From Octopus bimaculoides (lineage: Eukaryota): a stretch of 47,841 bases of DNA. The notes beneath the pieces are model-generated. The model was given only the letters and a program-made list of their open reading frames with translations. It ran no database searches and was not told where the DNA came from. Below, one piece after another: positions 22,769 to 35,658 of the stretch (within the stretch, counting starts at the first letter, position 1; each line of letters opens with the position of its first letter). The stretch is from the NCBI RefSeq assembly GCF_001194135.2, contig NC_068987.1, positions 25,061,531 through 25,109,371 on the forward strand. Reading direction: 5' to 3'. The translations under genes were made by a program, and so were the position numbers.

Positions 22769-23953
22769 TATATATAAATTACAAATTTGCACGAAGCGTA
22801 AGGAACCATAAAAGTATACACCTGCTAGAAATAAGAGCTAAAGTCTTAATTAAACCACCGTACAGCACCAAGATAACAGAGATAAACAGTAGTGACATCT
22901 TATTTCAAATCTTAGTGTTTGAATGTTTTGCTTATAATTTTTCTGCACCATATGTTCTGTTTTTGGCACAAAACAAAACCTGTTGCACTGTTGAATTTTT
23001 ACTGGGTAGTTCATACTGAAGAGGCTCAAGGATTAAATTTCCAAAAGCCGAAATCCGGGTATGGGGATGTCCTAAACTGCATAATCTTGTATAGTTGTGC
23101 TTTTGAATGTTTTAATTCTTATCCGTGTCCTCGCCTACTGTTATTTTTCTGTTATCTTGGTGCTGTACGGTGGTTTAATTAAGACTTTAGCTATTTTTTC
23201 TAGCAGGTGTATGCTTTTAAGCATCCTTACGCTTCCTGACAGATCAGACGGGACATTAATGACTGCTATAAAGCAGAAAAGTATACTAGCCCTTATATAT
23301 TTAATACTCAATATTTCATATATTCAATACTTCATTTCATTTTACTATTTATATTATATATTCCATATTCTATATCCCACATTAATTTTATAAGAATATA
23401 AATAAAACATAAAAAACAGACAGAGTTGGAACTCTTTATATATATATATATATATATATNNNNNNNNNNNNNNNNNNNNNNNNNNNNNNNNNNNNNNNNN
23501 NNNNNNNNNNNNNNNNNNNNNNNNNNNNNNNNNNNNNNNNNNNNNNNNNNNNNNNNNNNNNNNNNNNNNNNNNNNNNNNNNNNNNNNNNNNNNNNNNNNN
23601 NNNNNNNNNNNNNNNNNNNNNNNNNNNNNNNNNNNNNNNNNNNNNNNNNNNNNNNNNNNNNNNNNNNNNNNNNNNNNNNNNNNNNNNNNNNNNNNNNNNN
23701 NNNNNNNNNNNNNNNNNNNNNNNNNNNNNNNNNNNNNNNNNNNNNNNNNNNNNNNNNNNNNNNNNNNNNNNNNNNNNNNNNNNNNNNNNNNNNNNNNNNN
23801 NNNNNNNNNNNNNNNNNNNNNNNNNNNNNNNNNNNNNNNNNNNNNNNNNNNNNNNNNNNNNNNNNNNNNNNNNNNNNNNNNNNNNNNNNNNNNNNNNNNN
23901 NNNNNNNNNNNNNNNNNNNNNNNNNNNNNNNNNNNNNNNNNNNNNNNNNNNNN

Positions 23954-24125
23954 ATATATACGACGGGCTTCTTTCAGTTTCCGTCTACCAAATCCACTCA
24001 GAAGGCTTTAGTCGGCCCGAGGCTATAGTAGAAGACACTTGCCCAAGGTGCCACGCAGTGGGACTGAACCCGGAACCATGTGGTTGGTAAGCAAGCTACT
24101 TACCACACAGCCACTCCTGCGCCTA
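23954..24125 (-). mobile_element. SINE family A head, near consensus, running into a gap
   Basis: Reverse complement of the 21881-22045 and 17237-17390 heads. Confidence 0.92.
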
Positions 24126-25084
24126 TAAAAAATTATATGTATATATATTGTCGGTCAGCTGAGGCTTTGTGCTTCTGGTCAGCAAGCTTGATGACTTTCT
24201 TGTTAGTAATATGACATAATTAGGATTATGCTACTCAACAACACATTCCCGTACATACATTCAAGCACACACACACACACACACACACTCTCATATTCTA
24301 CTATAATATGTGTGTATAGACAGATGGCTTGTTAAAAGCTGTCATAATTGCTTGAAATCTCTAGTTAATTACATTAAATAAAAAAAAAGATTGAATCTCT
24401 CCCTATACATGGAAACACGTGTGTTTTATGTTTATATTTTCAACAAACGAGTATCAAAACTGAGCAACATTTACACCCATCATACTGTTATTCCTTTATT
24501 TATTTACTTATTCATTTTGTTTATTTATTTATTTATTTATTTATTGTTGATTTATTTATATTTTTTATTAATGTAGAGTTTCTTCCATTTAATAACAATC
24601 ATATTCTAACAGACTTCATAAAGCTCTTAATTGAATATGTTTGAAACAGAAGTTGGTGGCATAATATGTACTGAAGAGGAAATGTTTAGATTCTCACATT
24701 TTGACACCTAACTTATTAAATTACCAGATGGTATTTGATTTAATGAGTCAAAGATTGTAAATTGATTAATATTTTACACTTGATAATGAATAAAACATCA
24801 ATGATTAACTTTAAGAAAGAGTGACAGACACGAAACATTAAATAATTTTTAGAAAATTATTAAATATGAAGAGTCGGTAATGCAGCGTGAACTACATGGG
24901 CCTGAATTTAACAATGAAGACATTTTTCTGGACGTGTTTCGGGCTTATTCGATCTCTTTAGCAAAACATAAATACAGCTATAAGTAGCTCGCAATATTCA
25001 GGATTAAAAAAAACACTTACAGAAAACCGTTGCAGGCGGAACTTCTATGATATTACTTACTGCATTAAAGATACTTACTACGGG

Positions 25085-25118
25085 TGGGGACTAACACAAA
25101 ATTAGGTGTTAGTCCCCA
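25085..25118. other. Perfect 13-bp stem / 8-nt loop inverted repeat
   Basis: tggggactaacac-aaaattag-gtgttagtcccca. Confidence 0.85.
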
Positions 25119-25198
25119 AATCAATCTTTATATCGTAAACGTAATTATGTTTATTTTAGATCGTTTTTGAAGAACTGAGAAATTTGCAAACGAAAATA

Positions 25199-25335
25199 GG
25201 ACTGAACCCGGAACCATATGGTTGGGAAGCCAGCTTCTTACCACACAGCCACTCCTGCGCCTATTGTGTGTGAAAGTCAATTACATCGACCTCAGTACTT
25301 GATCGGTTCTTTATTTCATCGACCCCGAGAGAGTA
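25199..25335 (-). mobile_element. SINE family A head fragment (25199-25264) next to a family B fragment (about 25277-25335)
   Basis: 'ggactgaacccggaacc...cacagccactcctgcgcctat', then 'caattacatcgacctcagtacttga...atcgaccccgaga'. Confidence 0.75.
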
Positions 25336-25425
25336 CTGTTATTGGTGTTGCTTCAATTGGTATAGCTGTTGCTGGCGTTGTTTCAATCATCGTCATCATC
25401 GTCGTCGTTATCGTCGTCGTCGTCG

Positions 25426-25473
<48 letters not shown>

Positions 25474-26432
25474 AGAAGGCGAGTTGGCAGGACCGTTTGG
25501 GATTTTTTGCGGAGGGTTAAAGTGGTAACAAAAACAGGAAAGTAAGAACAAAGCAGTAAAAACAAAGGGTGAGGACTGTTAAGCCAAGACGATGTGAAGT
25601 GGTGAACGCTGGAAAAACGAGCTTTGAGAAGAGACAAGCAAAAGCACGTCTTTTCTTTAGGAAGGAAATGGAAGAAAGGAAGATGGATAGCCGTTGGCCA
25701 CGTGTGAGCAACGAGAGAGAGTCAAGGAGGAAGAGTGTCGTTTCTCTATTTGTTTCTTTCGTTGTTCCCAAAAAAAGTTCGTTTTCTATGTTTTTTGTTT
25801 TTTATGTTCTCGTTTTTCATTTGTTTACGTTTTTGTTTTTTATGTCCTGTGGCCATATATGTTCACGTTTCTCATTTTGTTGGCGTTTTTTTGATGCCCT
25901 GTACCCATATATGCATCTATATACACATATATATGTAGGTATGTACATATATGTATGTATATATGCATATATTTATATATATATATATNNNNNNNNNNNN
26001 NNNNNNNNNNNNNNNNNNNNNNNNNNNNNNNNNNNNNNNNNNNNNNNNNNNNNNNNNNNNNNNNNNNNNNNNNNNNNNNNNNNNNNNNNNNNNNNNNNNN
26101 NNNNNNNNNNNNNNNNNNNNNNNNNNNNNNNNNNNNNNNNNNNNNNNNNNNNNNNNNNNNNNNNNNNNNNNNNNNNNNNNNNNNNNNNNNNNNNNNNNNN
26201 NNNNNNNNNNNNNNNNNNNNNNNNNNNNNNNNNNNNNNNNNNNNNNNNNNNNNNNNNNNNNNNNNNNNNNNNNNNNNNNNNNNNNNNNNNNNNNNNNNNN
26301 NNNNNNNNNNNNNNNNNNNNNNNNNNNNNNNNNNNNNNNNNNNNNNNNNNNNNNNNNNNNNNNNNNNNNNNNNNNNNNNNNNNNNNNNNNNNNNNNNNNN
26401 NNNNNNNNNNNNNNNNNNNNNNNNNNNNNNNN

Positions 26433-26484
<52 letters not shown>

Positions 26485-27254
26485 CAACGTTGCCGGGCTC
26501 ATGCGTTATATATTGTATGGCATAGGCTCAGAGAAGTTAGGGCAGCATCCATGAAATTTCCGGGGCTGGAAATCAGGTAGTAGGTAATCATCAAAACGGA
26601 GACCAGCTCCGAATGTTTTAAACTAAGTTGTCTTCACTAAAGGTACCCAAGGGGCTGGAGAAGGTGGCAAATGATGTGACGAATTAAATATACTTCATTA
26701 AAATTGAAAAGTTTTCCTATAACACCCTTCACACGATTTGCGTCTTCCAATTTTCACTCAGAAGACTTTGGTAAACTGGGGTTATGGTAGAAGACACTTA
26801 TCCAATACGCCATGCAGAGAGTACGAATCCAAAAGTATGCAGTTACGAGATTAGCTTTTTATTAACAGAGCTGTACCTGCGCCAATATAGTTGATTGTAT
26901 CCACTTTGCATGTGTCTACGCTTGGAAATGGGAATCCAACCAGAAAAGAGGAAGTGCTCTGTGAGACTTGGAAACATGTTTTTTTTTATTAGACATGCGC
27001 CATACATACATACATACATACATACATACATACATACATACATGCATATACATATACATATATATATATATATTGAACACTATTCAATTTTTTTTCTCCN
27101 NNNNNNNNNATATATATATATATATATATATATACGTATGATATGTACACATATATATATACGCACACACATGCACACACATGCACACACATATATATAT
27201 ATATACACATATATACATACACATACATACAAACACACACACACACACTCATAC

Positions 27255-27410
27255 GATGTCCTTTTCAGTTTCCATTTACCAAATTCTCTCACAAGGTTTT
27301 GGTCGTCCCGAGGTCATAGTAGAAAGCACTTGCCCATGGTGTCACGCTGTGAGAATGAACCCGGAACCATTTGGTTGGGAAGCAAACTTCCTACCACGCA
27401 GCCACGCCTA
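27255..27410 (-). mobile_element. SINE family A head
   Basis: 'ttttcagtttccatttaccaaatt...gaacccggaaccatttggttgggaagc...gcagccacgcct'. Confidence 0.85.
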
Positions 27411-27671
27411 TATATATAGGTGCACGCGTATGCGAGTGCGCGCGCTTGCGTGTGTGTTCATATATATATATATATATATAAAAGGATGAGATAAAAATTT
27501 CAAGGTTGGGAATAGTTTTCAGAACATTTATAAAGAGGTCTTACAGCTGTTTCTGGAATATTTTATATATCCCTTCACCAGAGACGGTACTAGAAAATGT
27601 TTAAGTAAAAGTTATTAATAGAGAAGATATGAAACACAGAGTGAAGTGTAGGAATGAAAACAGACGTGATA

Positions 27672-27705
<34 letters not shown>

Positions 27706-28842
27706 TATATATACTTTATTGGAACTGAATTTTTACATCAGGATTCAAATTTCATGTCACTGTGATCTTGAGAGAAATAGTCAGAAGATCGCAATGACAT
27801 AAAATTAGACTCACAAGATCAATCCAGTTTTAATATATTATGTATTCTACAATATGTATTGGACACCCTTCCTTCATGGAGTAACGTGTATATATTTTAT
27901 TAGAAACGGAACCATTTTGAAACATGCCACTGAATTTCGCTTTCGCTGTTGTGGTTGCTCAAACNNNNNNNNNNNNNNNNNNNNNNNNNNNNNNNNNNNN
28001 NNNNNNNNNNNNNNNNNNNNNNNNNNNNNNNNNNNNNNNNNNNNNNNNNNNNNNNNNNNNNNNNNNNNNNNNNNNNNNNNNNNNNNNNNNNNNNNNNNNN
28101 NNNNNNNNNNNNNNNNNNNNNNNNNNNNNNNNNNNNNNNNNNNNNNNNNNNNNNNNNNNNNNNNNNNNNNNNNNNNNNNNNNNNNNNNNNNNNNNNNNNN
28201 NNNNNNNNNNNNNNNNNNNNNNNNNNNNNNNNNNNNNNNNNNNNNNNNNNNNNNNNNNNTATATATATATTTATACTATTTGCTTTTTATATGCTTTTAT
28301 TCCTAGTCTGAACTTCCATTCCTATATTTATGCAGCTGCGTGTGTGTGAGTGTGTGTGAGTGTGTGTGCATGCGTGTGAGATCATGATTTATTTGCTTTA
28401 TCCTTCTCTCGAACTCACCATGCGTCTTATTATTCCTCCCCTTCTCATCATGTCTTAACCGGTTTTCCTATCATGCCTGGTACACTTTCTTATGCACACA
28501 CTCGCGCACATATGGACATATGTGCATGCTCTTGCGTGCTCTTACATATATTATACAACGCCGTTGTCTGTTTTTGTGGGTGTTTATATTCATGTGTAAC
28601 ATTTATAGACCAAGCTTCTTCAAGTTGACAATGCAAACATTATGTTATGGCTGATATCTGAGGAAGATAATTATTCGAAATTGTCTTTAAAATCTTGATA
28701 AAAAGGCATAGATTATAAATGAATTACAAAAACAGTCTTGTTATAAGATGCACAAATAGTTAAACTTCATCTTATCTCTATAACGTCCTCATTAATGCAA
28801 TATTTACATGCATGCATGCATATACATACATGCATGCAAACA

Positions 28843-29250
28843 TAGCCATATGGTTGAGAAGCTTGTTTCCCAACCATGCAATCTTGTGTTCAGGGTCACT
28901 GCATGGCACTTTGGGTGAGCGTTTTTCTGCAATAGCCTCGGGCCAACGAATGCTTTGTGAATGGATTTGGTAGATGGAAACTGAAAGAAGCTTATAGTAT
29001 ATGTGTGTGTGTGTGTGGGGGGGAGTGTTTGTGTGTGTTTGTATTTGTTCCCTCCACAGTTTTGACAACTGGTGTTGGTTTGTTTATGTCTCCGTAACTT
29101 AGCGGTCTGACAATAAACACCAATAGAATAAGTACCAAACTTCATAAAAAAAAAAAATAAGCACTCGGGTCGATTAGTTCAACTAAAATTTCAAGGTGGT
29201 GCCCCAGCTTGGCCTCAACCCAATGACTGAAACAGGCAAAAGAAAAAGAT
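28843..29250 (+). mobile_element. SINE family A, full length, diverged
   Basis: Head, (TG)n middle and tail are all colinear with 17237-17640. Confidence 0.85.
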
Positions 29251-29258
29251 AACCATAC

Positions 29259-29330
<72 letters not shown>

Positions 29331-30092
29331 TTACATACACTTATCCAGTCATTTTTACGCAATTATTACAAAATAGCTAATTATATCCCTCAGTTAGGTC
29401 TACAACTAAGATAGAAATATACTGAGACAAACTTCACTGAGAGCTAAACTATTTCATGACAAAACAATTACGCCAACAAGTAACAGATGTTGAATGTAAG
29501 AGAAGGGATGGTGATTATAAAATTAAGGACAAGTCTGCACAAATAACAGTAACACACATGTTGACACCACGTATGTGAAAACAGACCACACTCCGCATGC
29601 TACTTTGTTATCTTGCAGTAAGGTTGACCATCTACATCAAGCTTCCTGCGTTAAAACAGCAGCTATTTTAAAAAATATGATATAAAAAGAGAACAGAATA
29701 TAAACATAAAACGTATTCTTAATGAAATTATCGAGAAATGTTTATTATATTTTGAAAACTTCGGCTCGAAGACAAACTATGGATCATTTCTGTTTGGTTG
29801 CACCTGTGGAAGTTTCAAAGTTTAGTGAACATTTTAAAATTTGGTGTATTGATGTAATTTTCCACGCTGAATATCGGGTGATATTTAATTTCTTCCAGAA
29901 ATAATTTTTTAAAAGAAGTTTGATCATTTTTAACCAATCAAAAAACAGGATTTGGAAGCTGTCATCTTGTGCGTGACAGCACGTGTTGTCAACCGTAAAC
30001 AAATGAAATATTGGCGGGGTAAAATCTGGCAGGGTAAAATCTTTCTAGGTCCTATTTCATCTCCTTTTTCTTTCTTTCTTTCTTTCTTTCCT

Positions 30093-30131
<39 letters not shown>

Positions 30132-30149
30132 CTCACTCTCTCTCTCCCA

Positions 30150-30195
<46 letters not shown>

Positions 30196-30507
30196 GTGCT
30201 ACAAACGGATAAACTGTACTCAATATGTTAAAGCAGAACATATATACTTATTTGTTATTTAACTGTAAATTTACATAGTGATTCAACGACTCAGTGTTTC
30301 GCCTGTTGCACTTAACGAAATTCATGAGTGTAATGCTCGAAACTCACGGCCCTTGAGTTACTTTACAGCTAAATATTAAGACAGAAAGAGGGATGGAGGG
30401 GAAAAATTATAGCAAATATATAAGATCTAGGTAGTTTATCGATAACTACCTAATTCTGTATCGCTGTATCTATTTCTCTGTCCCACCGGCGAATTTTTTT
30501 TTCCTAC

Positions 30508-31155
30508 GAGTGTTCCGGACCCCAGTAATGAACTCATTTGCATACAGCCAGTCAGAGCTCACCTTGAAAATCCACATACTGTGTACTACTACAGTACAGC
30601 CAGTCAGGCATAGAATGGTGTATGCCACTCTGTGAGTACAGCATAGCAGGTCTCACATAAGCAGCACATTCCGTGTCCCTCCACCAAATACATAGATCAA
30701 TTGAGCACCATTTTAATGAAGCTAACATTAGGTACCTATGTTCAGACTGAGATTAGTGATACTTCATGTACCCATTGATACATGCAAGGAAGGCGCAATA
30801 CGACACCACGCCATATTGATTACGATGTTTCCAGATCAACACCAACATTTAAAATTAGAAATGCACAAAATCAATCAAAAAGTTAGGAAACTACACTCAT
30901 TTACATTTTGCAGTAAATTATGCAAATTGGCAACACTTATGGCATCATCGGTGAGCAGCTCTCCATTCACTTTATACACTAAATTTCACATTTGTCACCC
31001 CTATTAACCCGTGTAGAACAGTTAGATTTTGCTATAACGTACATTTTGTATAGAACTCAACCAGAGTATTTTCGTGACTAGGTGGCCACTAGTTTGATTG
31101 TTGAGCTCTGATTGGCTGTATGCAAATGAGTTCATAACTGGGGTCTGGAACTCTC
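30508..31155. mobile_element. MITE with 54-bp TIRs (GAG...CTC termini; Sola2-like or unassigned)
   Basis: 30508-30561 versus the reverse complement of 31102-31155: 50/54 identical. No clear TSD; similarity may extend about 10 bp further out. Confidence 0.85.
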
Positions 31156-31485
31156 TTGTGAAAAAATAACTATGAGTAACTATGTGTAAATAGCTTAAGA
31201 TATCTAAATGGCTGACAGATGGACAGATAAATGCCTGATTGTATAGGGGAAGAAGAAAGAAAGAAAGAAGGAAAGAAAGAAAGAAGGAAAGAAAGAAAGA
31301 AAGAAAGAAAGGATGAATGAAAGATAGAAGGAAAAGAAGAGAAAAGAAGAAAGGACAAGAAATGAAAAGAAAAGAAGGGGAAATATGGGTGGGTGAATGG
31401 ACGATTAGATGGATAGATAAATAGATAAGTAGGTAGCGAGATGGTTTGGTAGATATATAGATAGATAGCTAGACAGATATCTATA

Positions 31486-32137
31486 CACAGACATAACAGA
31501 AGTAAAGAGACACCCCTTAAAATAGACACCCCTTAAAATAGACACCCCTTAAAATAGACACCCTTTAAAATAGACACCCCTTAAAAGTTTATTTTAACTT
31601 GAAAAGGTTTATATTTTTATTGACATTTTCATGTTTCAGGTTCTGTTTGTGACTGTTTAATCATGTACAAAATAAGTTTTGGAACTGTCTGATTTTTCAA
31701 AGAGGTCATATTGTGTGTCAATCTGAAGGTGGACTTAGCCTAAAATCACAGAAAACTTTGGGATCCTTCCTACTAAAGCTAATAGAGTGATTGTGCAATT
31801 CACCAGAGAGGGAAGGAGTCCACATCACCTCGTCCAGGTCGACCAGTGCCCTCTGGCAGGACCCTTCACTTTGTTAAGAGAAGTGTGGAGAATAATCCTC
31901 TCTATAAGTTCAGTCCCAGAACAGCTGTCAGGTATCTCCACAAACTTGGTTACAATGGCAGAGCAGCAAGAAGGGAGCCACTTCTTCGACCAGCCAATAT
32001 CAAGTGGAGAAAAGATTGGGCCAGTGAGATGGCGGAGAGACCATAATAAGTAATAGATAATTTGAATGTATAATTTCAGATTTAGATGAGTTTTAAGGAT
32101 TACAAAGGTGTCTGTTTACTTCTGTCATGTGTGTGTG
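31486..32137 (+). mobile_element. Internally deleted Tc1-like transposon with both TIRs and TA flanks
   Basis: TIR cacagacataacagaagtaaagagacacc matches the reverse complement at about 32107-32137; TA at 31484-5 and 32138-9. Internal SPRPGRP..SGRTLHFVKRSVENNP / RTAVRYLHKLGYNGRAARREPLLRPANIKWRKDWA is a Tc1 DNA-binding region. Confidence 0.85.
31508..31587 (+). repeat. About 16-bp tandem repeat x5 (agacaccccttaaaat) amplified from the inner edge of the Tc1 left TIR
   Basis: Read directly. Confidence 0.9.
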
Positions 32138-32149
32138 TACAGAGTGAGG

Positions 32150-32194
32150 TAGATAGATAGAAAGATAGATAGATAGCTAAATAGATGGATAGAT

Positions 32195-32237
<43 letters not shown>

Positions 32238-32269
32238 CTAAATAAATGGATAGATAGATAGATAGCTAA

Positions 32270-32323
<54 letters not shown>

Positions 32324-32325
32324 CT
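32150..32325. repeat. (GATA)n microsatellite
   Basis: Read directly. Confidence 0.95.
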
Positions 32326-33389
32326 AACTAGAGTACTAGTGTATGGAGAAAAACATTTATACTGAGCGCATGAATAGTCAAATAGGAAGATGGACAGACG
32401 AACAAATAGATAAAATTGTCAGAGAACAGTTATTCGACACTTGTAACAAATTATTCCTTTGTGCTATTAAGTATTTCCTGTTTCAGTTTTCACCTCTTAT
32501 TTCTCAATCTCTTTCTCTTTCAATTCTCTTTCGATATCACTCTCGTTTCTCTTTTTTCTTTCCCCCACTTTCTCTCTCTCTTTCCTCACTTTCTCCCTCT
32601 CTCTCTGTCTCACCAGTCTCCTCTCTCACTCTCACTATTTCTTTCTCTCAATTTTCCTCCTCTCCTTCTACTATCATTAAGATATTAATCCTTCAACTCG
32701 TATCCTACATCCGACATGAGCGAATCACATAAACACACACACACAGGCACACACGTATGGACGCACTCATATACATTCACAAGTGTATTCATACGCGTGC
32801 ACAGTCACCACACACACACACACACACACACNNNNNNNNNNNNNNNNNNNNNNNNNNNNNNNNNNNNNNNNNNNNNNNNNNNNNNNNNNNNNNNNNNNNN
32901 NNNNNNNNNNNNNNNNNNNNNNNNNNNNNNNNNNNNNNNNNNNNNNNNNNNNNNNNNNNNNNNNNNNNNNNNNNNNNNNNNNNNNNNNNNNNNNNNNNNN
33001 NNNNNNNNNNNNNNNNNNNNNNNNNNNNNNNNNNNNNNNNNNNNNNNNNNNNNNNNNNNNNNNNNNNNNNNNNNNNNNNNNNNNNNNNNNNNNNNNNNNN
33101 NNNNNNNNNNNNNNNNNNNNNNNNNNNNNNNNNNNNNNNNNNNNNNNNNNNNNNNNNNNNNNNNNNNNNNNNNNNNNNNNNNNNNNNNNNNNNNNNNNNN
33201 NNNNNNNNNNNNNNNNNNNNNNNNNNNNNNNNNNNNNNNCCCCCCCCCCAAAATAAAACAACTGTATTTAAAAACAAATTGTTACAAACAATTTTGAGAA
33301 TCCCTTTATCACATCTAATCAAAAACTCCACTGTTAACAACAATGGCTACTTCAATATGGTGTCGGAGGCGTTGATATACCCGAATCAG

Positions 33390-34310
33390 ATGATTTTCAT
33401 CAATTTGGGTTATGGCAGACTCAAGAGATAGTATGGTACTATGATGCTATTGATCTCTCTCTCAATAACGCCCCATATGAAATAGTCCAGTGGATTGAGG
33501 TAGTGAATTAGGAGACCATGTGTCTGAGAGAACATGGTCATGGGGACTGACACGCACCCACGCTTGCGGTCTCCTTGCTTTATGAGACGGTGCAAAGTCT
33601 AGTTAAAAGTTTACGATCTTCCATTGCATACTCTGTCTATTCAGCGCCTCACAATTTTCTCCAACACATTTGTGTAGCCAGTGGTATTGGCTCTTAAGCC
33701 TTGTGAAAAAAAAATGAGGAGGCATGACGTCTCCCTCATTACTGACCTTTTCCAGAACCATCATAATTGCTGGTAACTTAGTATGCATGACTGATGGAAC
33801 CTCATTCGGGTCTGTGCATAGCCATCTGTCTTTCTTTTGGTTTACCTTTTGGTCTTGATCAAAGATTTTCTCTTCGGAGAAAAACCAAAGCATTCCAGCC
33901 TCTTGGTGTATTAATTTGTTCAGCAAGCCCTTTGCATGGATCGAACGATTTTCTCATCACTTCTGACATAAACTGTCCCCTCTGCATAACATACCACTTG
34001 TGTCGGATGTCCTCATGCACAATTCTGATGGTGCATTCTGAAAACATGAGGTCCTTTGCAATGGCTCTGATTCATTTTCGGAGGATTATATCGATTATTT
34101 CTTGGATATTTTGTACAAAGTTATACGTTATGATGCTATTAAAACCCTGTGCATGCATTTTGCATTTAGCTGATAATGTTGGATCTCCGTCAGCAGGTCC
34201 CAGTTCTTTTCGAACTTTGTGGCAAAGGCTCGGGAAACTTTCAGGAAGCGAGATATCACTGTATCACTATGCTTTTAAGACAACGATTACATCATACATT
34301 TTTATTTGTT
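33390..34310 (-). mobile_element. Decayed maT-like (DD37D) Tc1/mariner transposase
   Basis: Minus strand: IRIVHEDIRHKWYVMQRGQFMSE, WFFSEEKIFDQDQKVNQKKDRWLC..EVP.VMHTKLPA.MMVL..VSNEGDVMPPHFF, APSHKA, LNPLDYFIWGVIERE; several frameshifts. Confidence 0.8.
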
Positions 34311-34439
34311 GAGCCAACGAACGTGATATCTGACACTATTTATCTGAAGAGTAAGGTAAAAAAAAAGTTAGAAGAACGCTAGTCCTTGAAAGAGGTGTCC
34401 TCAAAAAACTGAAAGAAGTCCGTCATGTTATTTGTATGA

Positions 34440-34449
34440 ATATATATAT

Positions 34450-34489
<40 letters not shown>

Positions 34490-34499
34490 GTGTGCGTGC

Positions 34500-34533
<34 letters not shown>

Positions 34534-34726
34534 ACGTGAGTGTGTGTGTATGCATATATATGTATGTATGTATATATGTAAATATTTGTATGTATATATG
34601 TAAATATTTGTATGTATAAATATATGCATACATGTATACAAACATACATTCATTCATACATACATACTTACATACATACATACATGTATGTATGTGCATA
34701 CATACATACATACGTACATACATACA

Positions 34727-34757
<31 letters not shown>
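34440..34757. repeat. Compound (TG)n/(TA)n/(CATA)n microsatellite
   Basis: Read directly. Confidence 0.95.
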
Positions 34758-34758
<1 letters not shown>

Positions 34759-34859
34759 CTAGCAAACGCACCTGTCCTTTGGACGGTTTAAGTTGCTTTA
34801 GTGGTATTTTTTCACCAAATAATTCAACCAAATAATTTCACCAAATAATTCCACTGTTT

Positions 34860-35481
34860 TCTCCTGAGGTAAAACAGCGGCCGAAGCCGTTGTCATGCTT
34901 CAAACAGCTCACAAGGACGCTGCCATCAGCAAAACATAAGTTTATGAGTGGTTTTCACCCTTTAGGAATGGTCACTTGTCGCTTGAAGATCAACCTCCTT
35001 CAAGATACACGTCGACCTCCCAAACCAATGAAAAAAACATCATTGAAAATTCGCGAATTGATGTTGGAGGACCGTCACTGAACAATTGAGAAACTTGTTG
35101 ATGTGATTGATGTGTCCTGGAGCTCTTGCCAACGAATTTTGAGCGAGGAAGATTAAAAGCAGTCACGACTGAATGCGTGTCGTGAATTGAAAGAACAGGT
35201 GGAAGAATATCCGGACCTTATTTTGAAAGTCATCACTGGGGACGAAAGATGGTGCTACGGAACTTGCAGATATGAAAGAGGTGAAGAAAAAACAACGGAG
35301 GCATTAAAAGGAATCACATCGCGCGAGTTCTAGTACTGCTTCAAATAGTGAAAAACGGGCCCGGATCGATGCATTGCTTCAAATGGAGAATACTTTGAAG
35401 GCGATAAAAGTGTAAACATGTAAAGCTAAGTGAATAAAATAATATTGCAAAATTCCGGTTTCTTTTGGGTAATCCCTCGTG
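34860..35481 (+). mobile_element. Mariner (DD34D-type) remnant with large internal deletions and right TIR
   Basis: KTAAEAVVMLQTA..VYEWFS.FRNG..SLED, KIRELMLEDR, KVITGDERWCYG, RCIASNGEYFEGDK; ends 'ttttgggtaatccctcgtg|TA'. Confidence 0.8.
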
Positions 35482-35658
35482 TATACATTCATACAAACAT
35501 GCTCGTTCGTACATACAAAAAAACATACATACAAACATACATGCATACATACAAACATACATACACATATACATACATACATACATACATACATACATAC
35601 ATACATGTATACATACATACGTACAGACAAACAAACAGACAGATATATGTACATACAT

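Noticed and set aside
25383-25771. Poly-D/poly-I ORFs and a possible RTE-like 'GRW..VGHV' motif at about 25665-25710
   Set aside because: The homopolymer comes from (ATC)/(GTC)n; the RTE resemblance is too short and frame-inconsistent to call.
30061-32700. Purine/pyrimidine tracts (30061-30195, 31250-31380, 32510-32670) giving K/E/R-rich or S/L/F-rich ORFs
   Set aside because: Simple (CTTT)n, (CT)n and (GAAA)n repeats; any triplex potential is generic and unremarkable in this genome.
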